From Amphiscolops sp. MND2022 (taxonomy: Eukaryota): a stretch of DNA of 64,000 nucleotides. The DNA lies in the NCBI GenBank assembly GCA_964187785.1, contig OZ076420.1, positions 36,394,001 to 36,458,000 of the forward strand, written 5' to 3'. The notes under the pieces were generated by a model. That model worked only from the letters and a program-made list of their open reading frames with translations. It was not told where the DNA came from and searched no databases. The position numbers and the translations under genes were made by a program. Position 1 is the stretch's first letter; each line of letters begins with the position of its first letter. Shown here one piece after another: positions 46,939-56,928 of the stretch.

Positions 46939-49900
46939 ATGGAACGACGCGAGACTAACGCCATCATTAGCGACTTCCATGCCACCAACCCTTTCGGAAG
47001 AAGAACGGAAACCACAACCGAACAAAACGAATGTAGATTAGATTCAGCCATAGCAGCCGTAATTTCAGAAGCTATGTCTGACTTCGTACCGAGCCAGGAA
47101 CAAAACGCGGAAATAGCCGCTGCCAATACCCAGCCCAACTCCTCGCGAGCCTCCCCCGATAGCACCAATCTACCGGATGATGCTGAGAACAACACGCAAA
47201 GAGACACACGGCCTCCGCTGGAAGTCACTGACTACAGCTTGGAAAACTGGCCAAACTCCAACCAAGGGCCCATCAGTGAGCTCAGCATTGTTGGTACCGC
47301 CAACGAACAAAATGACACTCCGCGGGCGGACCCAAGGATGGCACAAGTCGAAAGGAACCCCCTGGGTTCCCAAGAGATGATCAATAGCATAGGCGGAAAT
47401 CCCTTCCGAAGCGGATATGCGCTATCGGAAGCACCGACCAAAACGTCGAACGGACCAGCGGAAAACTCGAAGACGAACATAACCGAGAATCCGTTAAGAT
47501 ATGTTTTTCGAACGCCACCCTCGGTGACACCAAAAATCAACTATGCGAATGCGAGTCGAACGTCTCACACACCAGACTCTCAAACTAGCGCCGACACCAA
47601 TCTCGACTCAACAATAACCAAAGCGAGAAAGGAAGTGCAAACGGTTCGAGAAGACTTTCAGAGTAGTCTGGCGCAATTAGCTCAAGTCCAGACGAGGCTG
47701 GCGAGAGAAAACAACGAACATGAGATGCGCGCCGACATGATAATGAGGGACATGGACGAGCTACGAAAAGGTCTGTTGGAAATGCAAGCGGAAGGGCGAC
47801 AAAATCAAGGTCGACTGGAAGCGTCAATGGCATCTCTCAATGATCTGATTAAACAGAGAGAAACTACAGCGGACGCTCGCATGGCCGAGATGTCTGCAAT
47901 AATGAGAGAAAGGGACCGCCAAGCAGATGAGCGCATGAAAGCAATGACCAACACGATGCAGCGTCGCGACATAGACTCCAATGTCCGCATGGCGGACTTG
48001 ATGATGGCAATGCAAGATCTGACATTGGGAGTGAAAGCAATCGTGTCGCAAACCCCCGCGCAGCAAGCACAAACGGCGCCGCGGATTCCCCAAAAATATC
48101 AACAGACCGAAATACCATCTACAAGCGAAGCTCCCCAACCTCATTATAGAACGGTGGCACAACACACAGTAGAACCTCCTAGGCCTCCAAAACTAATGCC
48201 ACCCGCAACGTACAGGCGTGACCTGTCTAAAGCTAACAAGATGGCTAAAGTGACCCACACGGAATCACGAGACGCAGGTACGGATCCAATGACTGACCCG
48301 CCGTCGCTCGACCAGTACGCTCGCGGAACATCGACCTCCGACGATTTTTATTCCGCCGCCGACGAGACGAACGCCCGCAGGACCAGCTACTACACGGCCG
48401 ATTCAAGCGCAGCATTCCGCCCACCTGCGCGAACGCAAACGTTCAGAGACTTCGTTCCGCGGCCAGTGGCCACCAGTACGCAGCGCAAAATGACAAACAA
48501 GCGGAATTTAGAACAAGGCAAAGGCGAACACAGCGACATCGAAGAAATGCCCTCAATAGCAGAAGAGACTCCAGACACGCCGAGAACTACCCAACGACAA
48601 GCACTGGCGGAAGCAATATCTACGGCCATGTCTAAAGGCTTAGAGCCGTTGCTCGCCGCCAAGGAATCCAAAAACAAGCCCACGAAATACAGAGGAACCC
48701 GAGACGGAAACGCAGATGGATGGATGATGTTAATGAAACGCCATTTGGAAAAGGCACACCCTAAGGCAACCCCCCTCGATAAGGCGTGGACAATAATCGA
48801 GTATCTAGAGCATGAAGCCAGGGATTACATCACGAATAAGTCCGAAGCAGAGAGGGACACTGACGAAAAAGTATTCGCATTATTAGCGCGTCGCTTCGGG
48901 ACAGGTTCCAGCAAAATCCACATCCAACAGCAATTTAGAACCCGCAACCAGAATAGCGATGAAGACTACATGCAATACCTTGATGCCCTCGAAGGCCTGC
49001 GTAGTCAAGGTTACCCCAATGAAGAGGTGACAGTTCGTCGATACGAAATCATGCAAAGATTCATTGAGGGAGTACGCAACTTCGAACTAAAAAGAAACCT
49101 CGCGCTAATGTATGCACCGGAACAATACGTGGAAACCCCGCCAACTGTGGAAGCCCTCCGCTTCACAGTGCAACAATACTTACGCATGCGAGGCTCGACC
49201 CGTTCGGACAACTACCCAATGATGCCTCCTCCACAACAACAAGCCAATATCCAACAACCAAATCAGTCCCCAGTAGCACCCACGCCTGCCCAAAAAGTGC
49301 CACAACAACAGCCTCCTCAACCAGCAGCATACCAACAACAACCAATGCCACCGGCAGCCTATCGACCGCAACCCCAAAGAGCGTGCTTCAACTGCGGAGA
49401 CCCATCGCATTTTGTGGTAGACTGCCCCCTGAAAGACCGTGCACGGAAGCCAGTACAACAGCAGGTGAACTCCTGTCACACGAACCCGACGGGTAGTTGG
49501 ATGTGCCCCTCCCAGCCACACGGCTTAAACTATGATGTGTTCCCAGCATCCCTACCAACCCAAGGCACTGTTGCCTTTTGCATTAATTGCGGCCGTACTG
49601 AACACTCGGCGTCAGAATGCATGGCCTCGGAACAGATGGGTCACGAAGAACAAATCCGTGCAGCTTGGTATGCTCCTTCACCAAGTCAATTCGATGGCCT
49701 GAGTCAAGACGACCAAGTCCGGGTAATATCAGTAGCGGAAGACGGAGGTCCCTCCCGACCTGTAGTAGTCACTTGTGGCGAGAAACAAGTACTCACCACA
49801 CTAGAGGCACCCGCCCCAGATTGCACAGAGACACTTATCTCAATACACTTGCTACTCTCGGCCGAACAGAAAACGCGACCCACGCTGACGCTCTCGCAAC

Positions 49901-52900
49901 TAAAGGAAGAATTATGCAGAAACGTGAAGTATACCATCGCAGCCCGACCGCTCCCACATTTTGCGCGAGAAGACGAAACGAAACTGGCCCCAATACAGAA
50001 AGTTAAAACCGTTTCTCCGGTGCCGGTAGCCATTAACGTAGACGGTGTAGACATGAAATTTGATGCTATTGTAGTCTTAGAAGGCCACTTCCCTCAGGGA
50101 TTGTATTTGGGCCGCCAGGAGTTACGATGTTATAACATCGGAGTGCAAGATGCCCAGGGGGAGGCTCGTATTGACGAAAGGGCATCCCTGGTGGTTGCCT
50201 TTGGCAACACTATCCAGGAACCAATACCCTTGTACGGGATGATAGACACCGGTTCCGGTGTCTCCATTCTCTCCCTCAAAGCCTATCAAAAAATTGCATC
50301 ACCCCACGCCTTGAGCCTCCTACCGTATGACATCCAACTGTATGCCGCCAACGGTAAAACCATCAACACCATTGGAATCGCCGAAAATGTTAGCTTCCAG
50401 TTGGGCGGATACACCCTCCGAACCAATTTCATAGTCATTGCCGATCACCTAGGCGCGGAAGACTTCCTACTTGGCAGAAACTTCTTGCGCACCTACAATG
50501 TTCTCGTGGACCTGACGGCCATGAGGGTCACTATACGAGACCCCAAAGCGCCACGCCACTTCAAACCCGTCCATGAGGTAAGTGATCATGAGCCATCCCT
50601 AGTGATATCCACCGAAAAAGTAGTTCTAGGCCCCTATGAGCGTAGGCTAGTACGAGCCCAAATCATTTCTCAAAAGCACAACGAGTACCTTTTCCGAAAC
50701 GTAATGATTCGCCCCCAGGGGACATCTAAACGATCCCCCTTTGTTTCAGAAGATACATTGACGTCTGTTGGAGATGAAGGCATTGTCTTCATAGCCCTAC
50801 GAAACACTACCCCCTCTGAAAACGTAACCATTCAAACCAAAACTGTCCTCGGTAAGGCAGAAACTACAAAATTTGTGTTGCAACCTGTGGCTGCCGACAC
50901 GGCAACCGAAGTTGATAAATCTTTGTTTGAACAAGTTAATAAAGTTTATACCGAAGAGTGGTTAAACGAAACGAGTTCAGAATATAGTTCTTTTGCTCAA
51001 AACTTCTTGTCCTCTACTGAGATGTCTGAAGAAGGATTATCGGAAAGCGAAAAGCGTGCTAAGACTGACCCACAATTGCTAAAACCTATACCAGGTCCAG
51101 ACCTTTCTTCCGTCCTTTCTTCGTGGGGGGAGGGAGCGAGAGATCAACTAGCAAGCGTTCTGAGCGAGTACGATGACCTTTTTATGAAACATAAAGCCGA
51201 CATAGGGAGGTGCAAAATAGCAAAACACCGCATAGAACTAGAGCCGGAAGCTATCCCGCATAGAGAAGGCGCTCGGCGCATGTCCCCGGATAAGGCAGCA
51301 AAGGCTAATCAAGAGGTACGGAATCTACTGGCCCTTGGCCTAATTCAACCCTCCTATTCACCGTGGGCAAGCGGAATAGTCATGGTCAAAAAGAAAACAG
51401 GCGAACTTCGCTTCTGTTGTGACTTTCGACCGCTCAATGACGTAACGGTCAAGGACGCATTCCCATTGCCCAGGATTGATGAAAGTCTATCCCGGATAGG
51501 CAATGCGAAAATCTTCACAAGTATCGACCTAGCGTGGGCCTTCTGGCAGATACCGCTAAAGAAGCGCGATAGAAGGAAAACAGCATTTGCCTGTGAACTG
51601 GGATTGTTCGAATGGCGGCGCATGCCCTTTGGGCTATGCAATGCATCGGCCACATTTCAGCGCTCTATTACACGGGCCCTGCAACGGATCCAGCAGCGAC
51701 ACGGGAGTGTCGTCATGGCTTACATTGACGACATAGTTATCGCCACGGAAACCATAGAAGACCACATCGTACGAATCAAGGAAGTATTCGAATGTCTCCG
51801 AGAGGCTGGATTCAAGATGCGCGCCGAGAAGTGTGATTTCATGCGCACGGAGACGAAGTACCTGGGGCGAGTGGTATCCTCGGAGGGCATCAGACCAGAC
51901 CCCGAAGCTATAGTTAAAATCCAAGAATGGATGCCCCCGAGAAACAAAGAGGAGCTTCAGAGCTTCCTGGGGTTTGCAAACTATTACAGGGACTTTGTAC
52001 CGTTTCATGCAGCCAAAGTGCAACCCCTGCAAGAGTTGCTCAAGAAAAGTCAGCATTTCCACTGGGAAACGAAACACCAAGAAGCCTTCGATGCAGTAAA
52101 GGAAGCACTGGCAAACGCGACCGCCTTGGCAGCCCCAAATGAAGACGGACGATTCGTGCTCGATACTGATGCTAGCGCAGTAGCGATAGCTGGAATCCTG
52201 CACCAGGAACAAGAACACAATGGGAAGACTATTTTGCGGCCAATAGTCTTCGGGAGCAAATCCCTGACGAAGACACAGCTAAACTATGGAGCACCCAAGT
52301 TGGAAATGTACGCAGTATTTTACTTCATCGAGAAATTCCATTCATATCTCGCAGGCCGAGAGTTCACGCTCCGTGTGGACAATCAGGCCCTGTCATGGCT
52401 TAAAACGTACTCCATGGACCAAGCCATGATAGGTCGCTGGATAGCCCGTCTAGATCAATACAACTTCAAGACGATCCACCGACCTCGCACACAGCATCGA
52501 AACGTAGACGGCCTCAGCAAACGAACCAACGACTACGTGCACCGGGAGAAAATCCTCGAGAAGTTACCGGAAGTGAGTGAAGGATTCAACTTCATGACCA
52601 AAGAAGACTATGAAGCGCTCCCCACCGTACCATACTTCGACAAACACGGACGCCCAATACCAAACCACCCAGAGCTCCCGCCGGAAGCTCGAGCCCAACT
52701 CCCACTGCTGTATATCTTGGGAAAAAGACCCAAAACGAGCCTGCAAGAGCCCCCGGTGAATGGTGCCCCATGGTATCCTCAAGTACAGTGGGAGGCGACA
52801 CCTACCACAGATGAGGATCACCGACCCACTCACATCCTCAGCATCACGACCAAAGTGCCACCGGCACGCCTAGACACTGAAAAACCTGATCCTGTGCTTG

Positions 52901-55900
52901 AAGAGATGCCACCCGAATGCCAAACACAAGCCAACGCCCTTAGAACAGTTGGGACAGAGCTGCATGAACACTTTTTGACTAGACGTGGCCTCAAAGACCT
53001 GCACCTAGCACAAAATAGGGACGTACACCTCCTAGCGTTGAGGAAACTCATGAAAGGCGAACCACTGGAGGAAACGATGTTCCCCGACGACGTACAGGAC
53101 TTCGCACGACGCTACTTCCATCAAAAGAAAGACCTGCTCTTCCTGAACCCAGACGACATTCTCTGCGTCAACTACGTTCCGCAACAACGTGCGCTGCACG
53201 TGCGACCGTGTATGATAGTCATGCCACAACTATACCAGCACGAGATTCTGTATAGGGCACACGACGAATCGGGACATCAGGGCGTAGGGAAGGTGCTAGC
53301 GAGAGTACAAGAACGGCACACCTGGCCGGGCATCAAGCGTGACATAGTCAATCACATCAAGCACTGCTTGACCTGCCAGCAAACAAAACACCCCGCCGGG
53401 AACCCCTGCTACCCCTTGCAGAACATCAACAGTAGCAATTTCAACGACCTAGTACAATTCGACCACCTCAAACTTTGCAAAACCGACTCGGGAAACACCG
53501 GTCTCTTAGTCATGATAGACCACTTCACGAAATTTGCCGAGGCCATTCCATGTGCCCACGACGAATATGATGCCCAAACCACAGCTAAAATCATCCTTAA
53601 CAAATGGTTTGCCAGGCACGGCACCCCAGCACGGATGCAATCCGACAATGCCACGAATTTCACAGCTGAAATCGCACAGGAGCTAATGAAAGCCTCGCAA
53701 GTCACTAAAGTGACATCCACTCCAGCGCATCCTCGAGGGAATGGACTCGTGGAAAGGCAGAACCGAACGTTACTCACACTGCTGAGAGTCTACACTTCTC
53801 GACGAATGCAGGATTGGGATGAGCATATTGATGGAATCCTCGGTGCGTACAATTCAACTAGACACGCAACCACTGGATTCTCTCCCTATATGCTCCAACA
53901 CGGAGCCGAGAAATCAATTCCCCTGTCATTCATCTACCCAGAATTTGCTGCCCGAGGATTCGATTCCAAAGAAGAATTCGTAGAACATCTTCTAGCCAGA
54001 CAGCAAGAAATCCATGAACTCGTCAGAAGAAATACACACCAAGCACAGCTACGCCAGAAGCTGAAGTTTGACCGCCACCTGAAGGCCAAAGCGCATGCTG
54101 TAGGCGATGCGGTGTGGGTGTTCTGCCATATCATACCCAAGGGTGGCACCCGCAAGCTGATTCGCGCATGGCGCGGACCCCACAAGGTAACCGACGTGTT
54201 GCAGGACGGACGATTATACGTACTAGACACTGGCCAAAAGGTCCACTACGAAAGATTGAAAAAGCATGTGCCTGCCCCTTGGGACTGGGCCGCACACCAG
54301 CCCTTTGGGCCGAATCAAAACGTAGCCATTATTGCTGATCCGTACGTAGAAGAAAGCAATGAAGAGATAGCGTCCGACATCTCCCAAGACTCTTTCCTAC
54401 CGGAACAACTTCCGGAAGCATCCTTCGAAATGGAACCGACAGGATCGATTCCACCTCGTACCATTCAGACTCGTACCCAAACGGCACTCGAACAAGGAAT
54501 ACCCAGAAGAAGATTCAGCCACTTCGGGTACCCCTCCAACTCAGATTCCGAAACAGAGGAAAATGAACCACCGATTCAGAGCCCACCACCGCCAGTAGTG
54601 TTCCCCGACTTAGACGACCTGGAACCACTGTACTCCGACCAGGAGGAAATTCAGCCGGCCGTACCTACAAGTCTGATACCATCACCCTCAGGGACCTCAG
54701 CCCCCCTACTATCCAATCCGTCCCTAACAGACACCCTGAGTAACTTTCCCTTGTTTGGCCCCCAACTAGAGAACCCGATCGACCCGATAGAAAATAAACC
54801 AAAGTCAGAAACTGAGAATGAGGAAGAGACAACCCATCGCAGTCCAAGCCATTGCTCAACGCAACCCAATACCACGAATAGTAGAGGACGGCCTCGAGGC
54901 CGACCACCGGGTAGAGGAAAATCCCGCGCTATACCATCTACTAGAACCACAACATCGTCACGAACCCAAACCGCACGACCCAGAAGAGGCCCCAGAGCAA
55001 GAACGAGCACTCGTGCACCCCCTCGAAAACTAGACCGAGCGATGACTCTACCAGAAATACCCGAAAGCCAACAACCACCAGATGTCCAGGATTCAGAACC
55101 AAGACCATCATCGCGAACATCACGATATCAACTGCGAGCTAACAGAGCACCACGTTACAAGTGTGGAACCTGTGGTTCCCGCAACTGTAGTTGCGTCAAG
55201 CATCTGACTCGCCAGTCACCGGACGACCGATTGGCCCGGGGAGCAGTAGTCCCTGCCAGGGATCTCTTTATGGCTAGGACACATTGTCACCCACAACATG
55301 AGATCTTAGCCGTGCAAGCCCAACGAGAAAAGGTGGAGACACCCCCGCTAGTGCACCATTTGGTCATCACGGTAGAAAAAACTTTCACCAGTGTGGAACG
55401 AGAAGCGATACCACCACTGGAAGAAACACTCAAAGCGATGCACGCGACATCTCCCTCTGACTGCCCGACTTACCGATTCAAAGAATGGACACTTCCCCAT
55501 CGGGGCGGTCTAGAATTCACCCTACATGCCATCATACCACCTTTGCCACCATCGATGACGTTCGGCGAGCTAGCAAAAGAGGATAGTAGCCCGGAGATGA
55601 TTCGCTGTATCACTGCACACCAACTGTGGGAGAAATATCACATTGCCTCCCCGCCGGGAGACATATATCAGCCCACCAATGGATGGTGGCTACTTGTCAC
55701 CTCTCTAGACGCAACGACATTGGTATCTCCAACAACTTTACTGATGTGCTTAGAAAGTTTACGTACGGTAACCGAACCTGAGAACACGCTTTGTTTCCAC
55801 ATGGCCGATATTTATCGTGGCAAGTTCCTAAGCCAACACTGGCTACAGTTAATAGCGGTAGTCTTTTGCCGGCAGGCGAAGATACACTTCCTGGATCGAC

Positions 55901-56598
55901 AATCTTATACACCAGAAAAACCCGTGACAATTAGCGAAGCACTCTCAATAGTACACGATTGGTCATCTACAAACTTGGGAGATAGACCTCTACGACGAAC
56001 CGTCTGGGAAGACCGAAAAGCAATCTTGCAGCATTTGACACCCCGACCCACCGATGATCAGAGCAGAACCACCGGCAAATGGCTCATAACCCAGCCTAAA
56101 ACCAGACCGAATTACTTACCTTGGATAAGCTATGACGACACAGATATCCTGCAGGCACCTGGCACCGTAATATTATGCTGCCCTGCGGATTTGTTCTCTT
56201 ACTCGGCTACGATCCGTTACGTCATTCGCGAATACGGTCAAGAAAACATATTTCGTCTAAGACCATCAGTTGGCACCGCAATTCGTTTAACCCGCTCGCC
56301 AACTGCACCCTGGAATAACGAAATCTTCCTTCTGTGTACCAGAGCATCAAACAAGCATCCGCTCTTACATGAGGTATTACATGCGTGTTTGACGAATTTG
56401 ATAACTCAACTCCATCGAAACCACATTACCAGAATCCACTTGCCCATCTATGATCCTGAGCGATCGATGAACCTCCTCCCAGCCTGGTACGCCACCCTAC
56501 GCGACCACTTTGCAGATCACAACATAACAATAGTCTTGCACGATCGCGTCTATGTCACAATAGCGTCGATTACCTCTGCCAACTTTGGCGGTAGTTAA
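46939..56598 (+). CDS. pol: Gag-Pol polyprotein (~3,219 aa from the ATG) with C-terminal macrodomain-like extension
   Basis: gccATGg at 46939 (the track starts at an upstream TTG). CCHC knuckles at 49384 and 49579; PR IDTGSG at 50245; RT YIDD at 51721; RH DTDAS, VDNQAL; IN HHCC (HDESGH...CLTC), FDH, SDNATNF, NGLVER. About 800-aa tail after IN. Confidence 0.96.
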   Translation: MERRETNAIISDFHATNPFGRRTETTTEQNECRLDSAIAAVISEAMSDFVPSQEQNAEIAAANTQPNSSRASPDSTNLPDDAENNTQRDTRPPLEVTDYSLENWPNSNQGPISELSIVGTANEQNDTPRADPRMAQVERNPLGSQEMINSIGGNPFRSGYALSEAPTKTSNGPAENSKTNITENPLRYVFRTPPSVTPKINYANASRTSHTPDSQTSADTNLDSTITKARKEVQTVREDFQSSLAQLAQVQTRLARENNEHEMRADMIMRDMDELRKGLLEMQAEGRQNQGRLEASMASLNDLIKQRETTADARMAEMSAIMRERDRQADERMKAMTNTMQRRDIDSNVRMADLMMAMQDLTLGVKAIVSQTPAQQAQTAPRIPQKYQQTEIPSTSEAPQPHYRTVAQHTVEPPRPPKLMPPATYRRDLSKANKMAKVTHTESRDAGTDPMTDPPSLDQYARGTSTSDDFYSAADETNARRTSYYTADSSAAFRPPARTQTFRDFVPRPVATSTQRKMTNKRNLEQGKGEHSDIEEMPSIAEETPDTPRTTQRQALAEAISTAMSKGLEPLLAAKESKNKPTKYRGTRDGNADGWMMLMKRHLEKAHPKATPLDKAWTIIEYLEHEARDYITNKSEAERDTDEKVFALLARRFGTGSSKIHIQQQFRTRNQNSDEDYMQYLDALEGLRSQGYPNEEVTVRRYEIMQRFIEGVRNFELKRNLALMYAPEQYVETPPTVEALRFTVQQYLRMRGSTRSDNYPMMPPPQQQANIQQPNQSPVAPTPAQKVPQQQPPQPAAYQQQPMPPAAYRPQPQRACFNCGDPSHFVVDCPLKDRARKPVQQQVNSCHTNPTGSWMCPSQPHGLNYDVFPASLPTQGTVAFCINCGRTEHSASECMASEQMGHEEQIRAAWYAPSPSQFDGLSQDDQVRVISVAEDGGPSRPVVVTCGEKQVLTTLEAPAPDCTETLISIHLLLSAEQKTRPTLTLSQLKEELCRNVKYTIAARPLPHFAREDETKLAPIQKVKTVSPVPVAINVDGVDMKFDAIVVLEGHFPQGLYLGRQELRCYNIGVQDAQGEARIDERASLVVAFGNTIQEPIPLYGMIDTGSGVSILSLKAYQKIASPHALSLLPYDIQLYAANGKTINTIGIAENVSFQLGGYTLRTNFIVIADHLGAEDFLLGRNFLRTYNVLVDLTAMRVTIRDPKAPRHFKPVHEVSDHEPSLVISTEKVVLGPYERRLVRAQIISQKHNEYLFRNVMIRPQGTSKRSPFVSEDTLTSVGDEGIVFIALRNTTPSENVTIQTKTVLGKAETTKFVLQPVAADTATEVDKSLFEQVNKVYTEEWLNETSSEYSSFAQNFLSSTEMSEEGLSESEKRAKTDPQLLKPIPGPDLSSVLSSWGEGARDQLASVLSEYDDLFMKHKADIGRCKIAKHRIELEPEAIPHREGARRMSPDKAAKANQEVRNLLALGLIQPSYSPWASGIVMVKKKTGELRFCCDFRPLNDVTVKDAFPLPRIDESLSRIGNAKIFTSIDLAWAFWQIPLKKRDRRKTAFACELGLFEWRRMPFGLCNASATFQRSITRALQRIQQRHGSVVMAYIDDIVIATETIEDHIVRIKEVFECLREAGFKMRAEKCDFMRTETKYLGRVVSSEGIRPDPEAIVKIQEWMPPRNKEELQSFLGFANYYRDFVPFHAAKVQPLQELLKKSQHFHWETKHQEAFDAVKEALANATALAAPNEDGRFVLDTDASAVAIAGILHQEQEHNGKTILRPIVFGSKSLTKTQLNYGAPKLEMYAVFYFIEKFHSYLAGREFTLRVDNQALSWLKTYSMDQAMIGRWIARLDQYNFKTIHRPRTQHRNVDGLSKRTNDYVHREKILEKLPEVSEGFNFMTKEDYEALPTVPYFDKHGRPIPNHPELPPEARAQLPLLYILGKRPKTSLQEPPVNGAPWYPQVQWEATPTTDEDHRPTHILSITTKVPPARLDTEKPDPVLEEMPPECQTQANALRTVGTELHEHFLTRRGLKDLHLAQNRDVHLLALRKLMKGEPLEETMFPDDVQDFARRYFHQKKDLLFLNPDDILCVNYVPQQRALHVRPCMIVMPQLYQHEILYRAHDESGHQGVGKVLARVQERHTWPGIKRDIVNHIKHCLTCQQTKHPAGNPCYPLQNINSSNFNDLVQFDHLKLCKTDSGNTGLLVMIDHFTKFAEAIPCAHDEYDAQTTAKIILNKWFARHGTPARMQSDNATNFTAEIAQELMKASQVTKVTSTPAHPRGNGLVERQNRTLLTLLRVYTSRRMQDWDEHIDGILGAYNSTRHATTGFSPYMLQHGAEKSIPLSFIYPEFAARGFDSKEEFVEHLLARQQEIHELVRRNTHQAQLRQKLKFDRHLKAKAHAVGDAVWVFCHIIPKGGTRKLIRAWRGPHKVTDVLQDGRLYVLDTGQKVHYERLKKHVPAPWDWAAHQPFGPNQNVAIIADPYVEESNEEIASDISQDSFLPEQLPEASFEMEPTGSIPPRTIQTRTQTALEQGIPRRRFSHFGYPSNSDSETEENEPPIQSPPPPVVFPDLDDLEPLYSDQEEIQPAVPTSLIPSPSGTSAPLLSNPSLTDTLSNFPLFGPQLENPIDPIENKPKSETENEEETTHRSPSHCSTQPNTTNSRGRPRGRPPGRGKSRAIPSTRTTTSSRTQTARPRRGPRARTSTRAPPRKLDRAMTLPEIPESQQPPDVQDSEPRPSSRTSRYQLRANRAPRYKCGTCGSRNCSCVKHLTRQSPDDRLARGAVVPARDLFMARTHCHPQHEILAVQAQREKVETPPLVHHLVITVEKTFTSVEREAIPPLEETLKAMHATSPSDCPTYRFKEWTLPHRGGLEFTLHAIIPPLPPSMTFGELAKEDSSPEMIRCITAHQLWEKYHIASPPGDIYQPTNGWWLLVTSLDATTLVSPTTLLMCLESLRTVTEPENTLCFHMADIYRGKFLSQHWLQLIAVVFCRQAKIHFLDRQSYTPEKPVTISEALSIVHDWSSTNLGDRPLRRTVWEDRKAILQHLTPRPTDDQSRTTGKWLITQPKTRPNYLPWISYDDTDILQAPGTVILCCPADLFSYSATIRYVIREYGQENIFRLRPSVGTAIRLTRSPTAPWNNEIFLLCTRASNKHPLLHEVLHACLTNLITQLHRNHITRIHLPIYDPERSMNLLPAWYATLRDHFADHNITIVLHDRVYVTIASITSANFGGS

Positions 56599-56928
56599 GA
56601 GCACGTCTCGCCCTCTACTTGGCATATCAGGCCACTGGCCTTTTGCACTGCCTGTAGTTGATTCGAAGCACTTTAAAATTTTAACAAAACCGCGCCGACA
56701 AGCGCAAATTTTAATACTAACCACTGTAACTTTTTAACCTTATGTTTGTGTGTTCGTCCTAAAGAGCTTAACTGCCCACCCGTCTATGTGATGTCTTATC
56801 TCCAACTGTGACCTGTTTTTCAGTTTTGTCCTGTTGCCTCGCCTCTGCGCGGCCCCCATACTTATCACGCCAAATCAGTCTTGCCATCACAATCTTCGGT
56901 GCTAAACATCCCTTTATTATCGTTTCCA

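Noticed and set aside
46827-56054. Many 60-195-aa antisense ORFs over Gypsy-2 gag-pol
   Set aside because: Shadow frames of a long, higher-GC coding strand.
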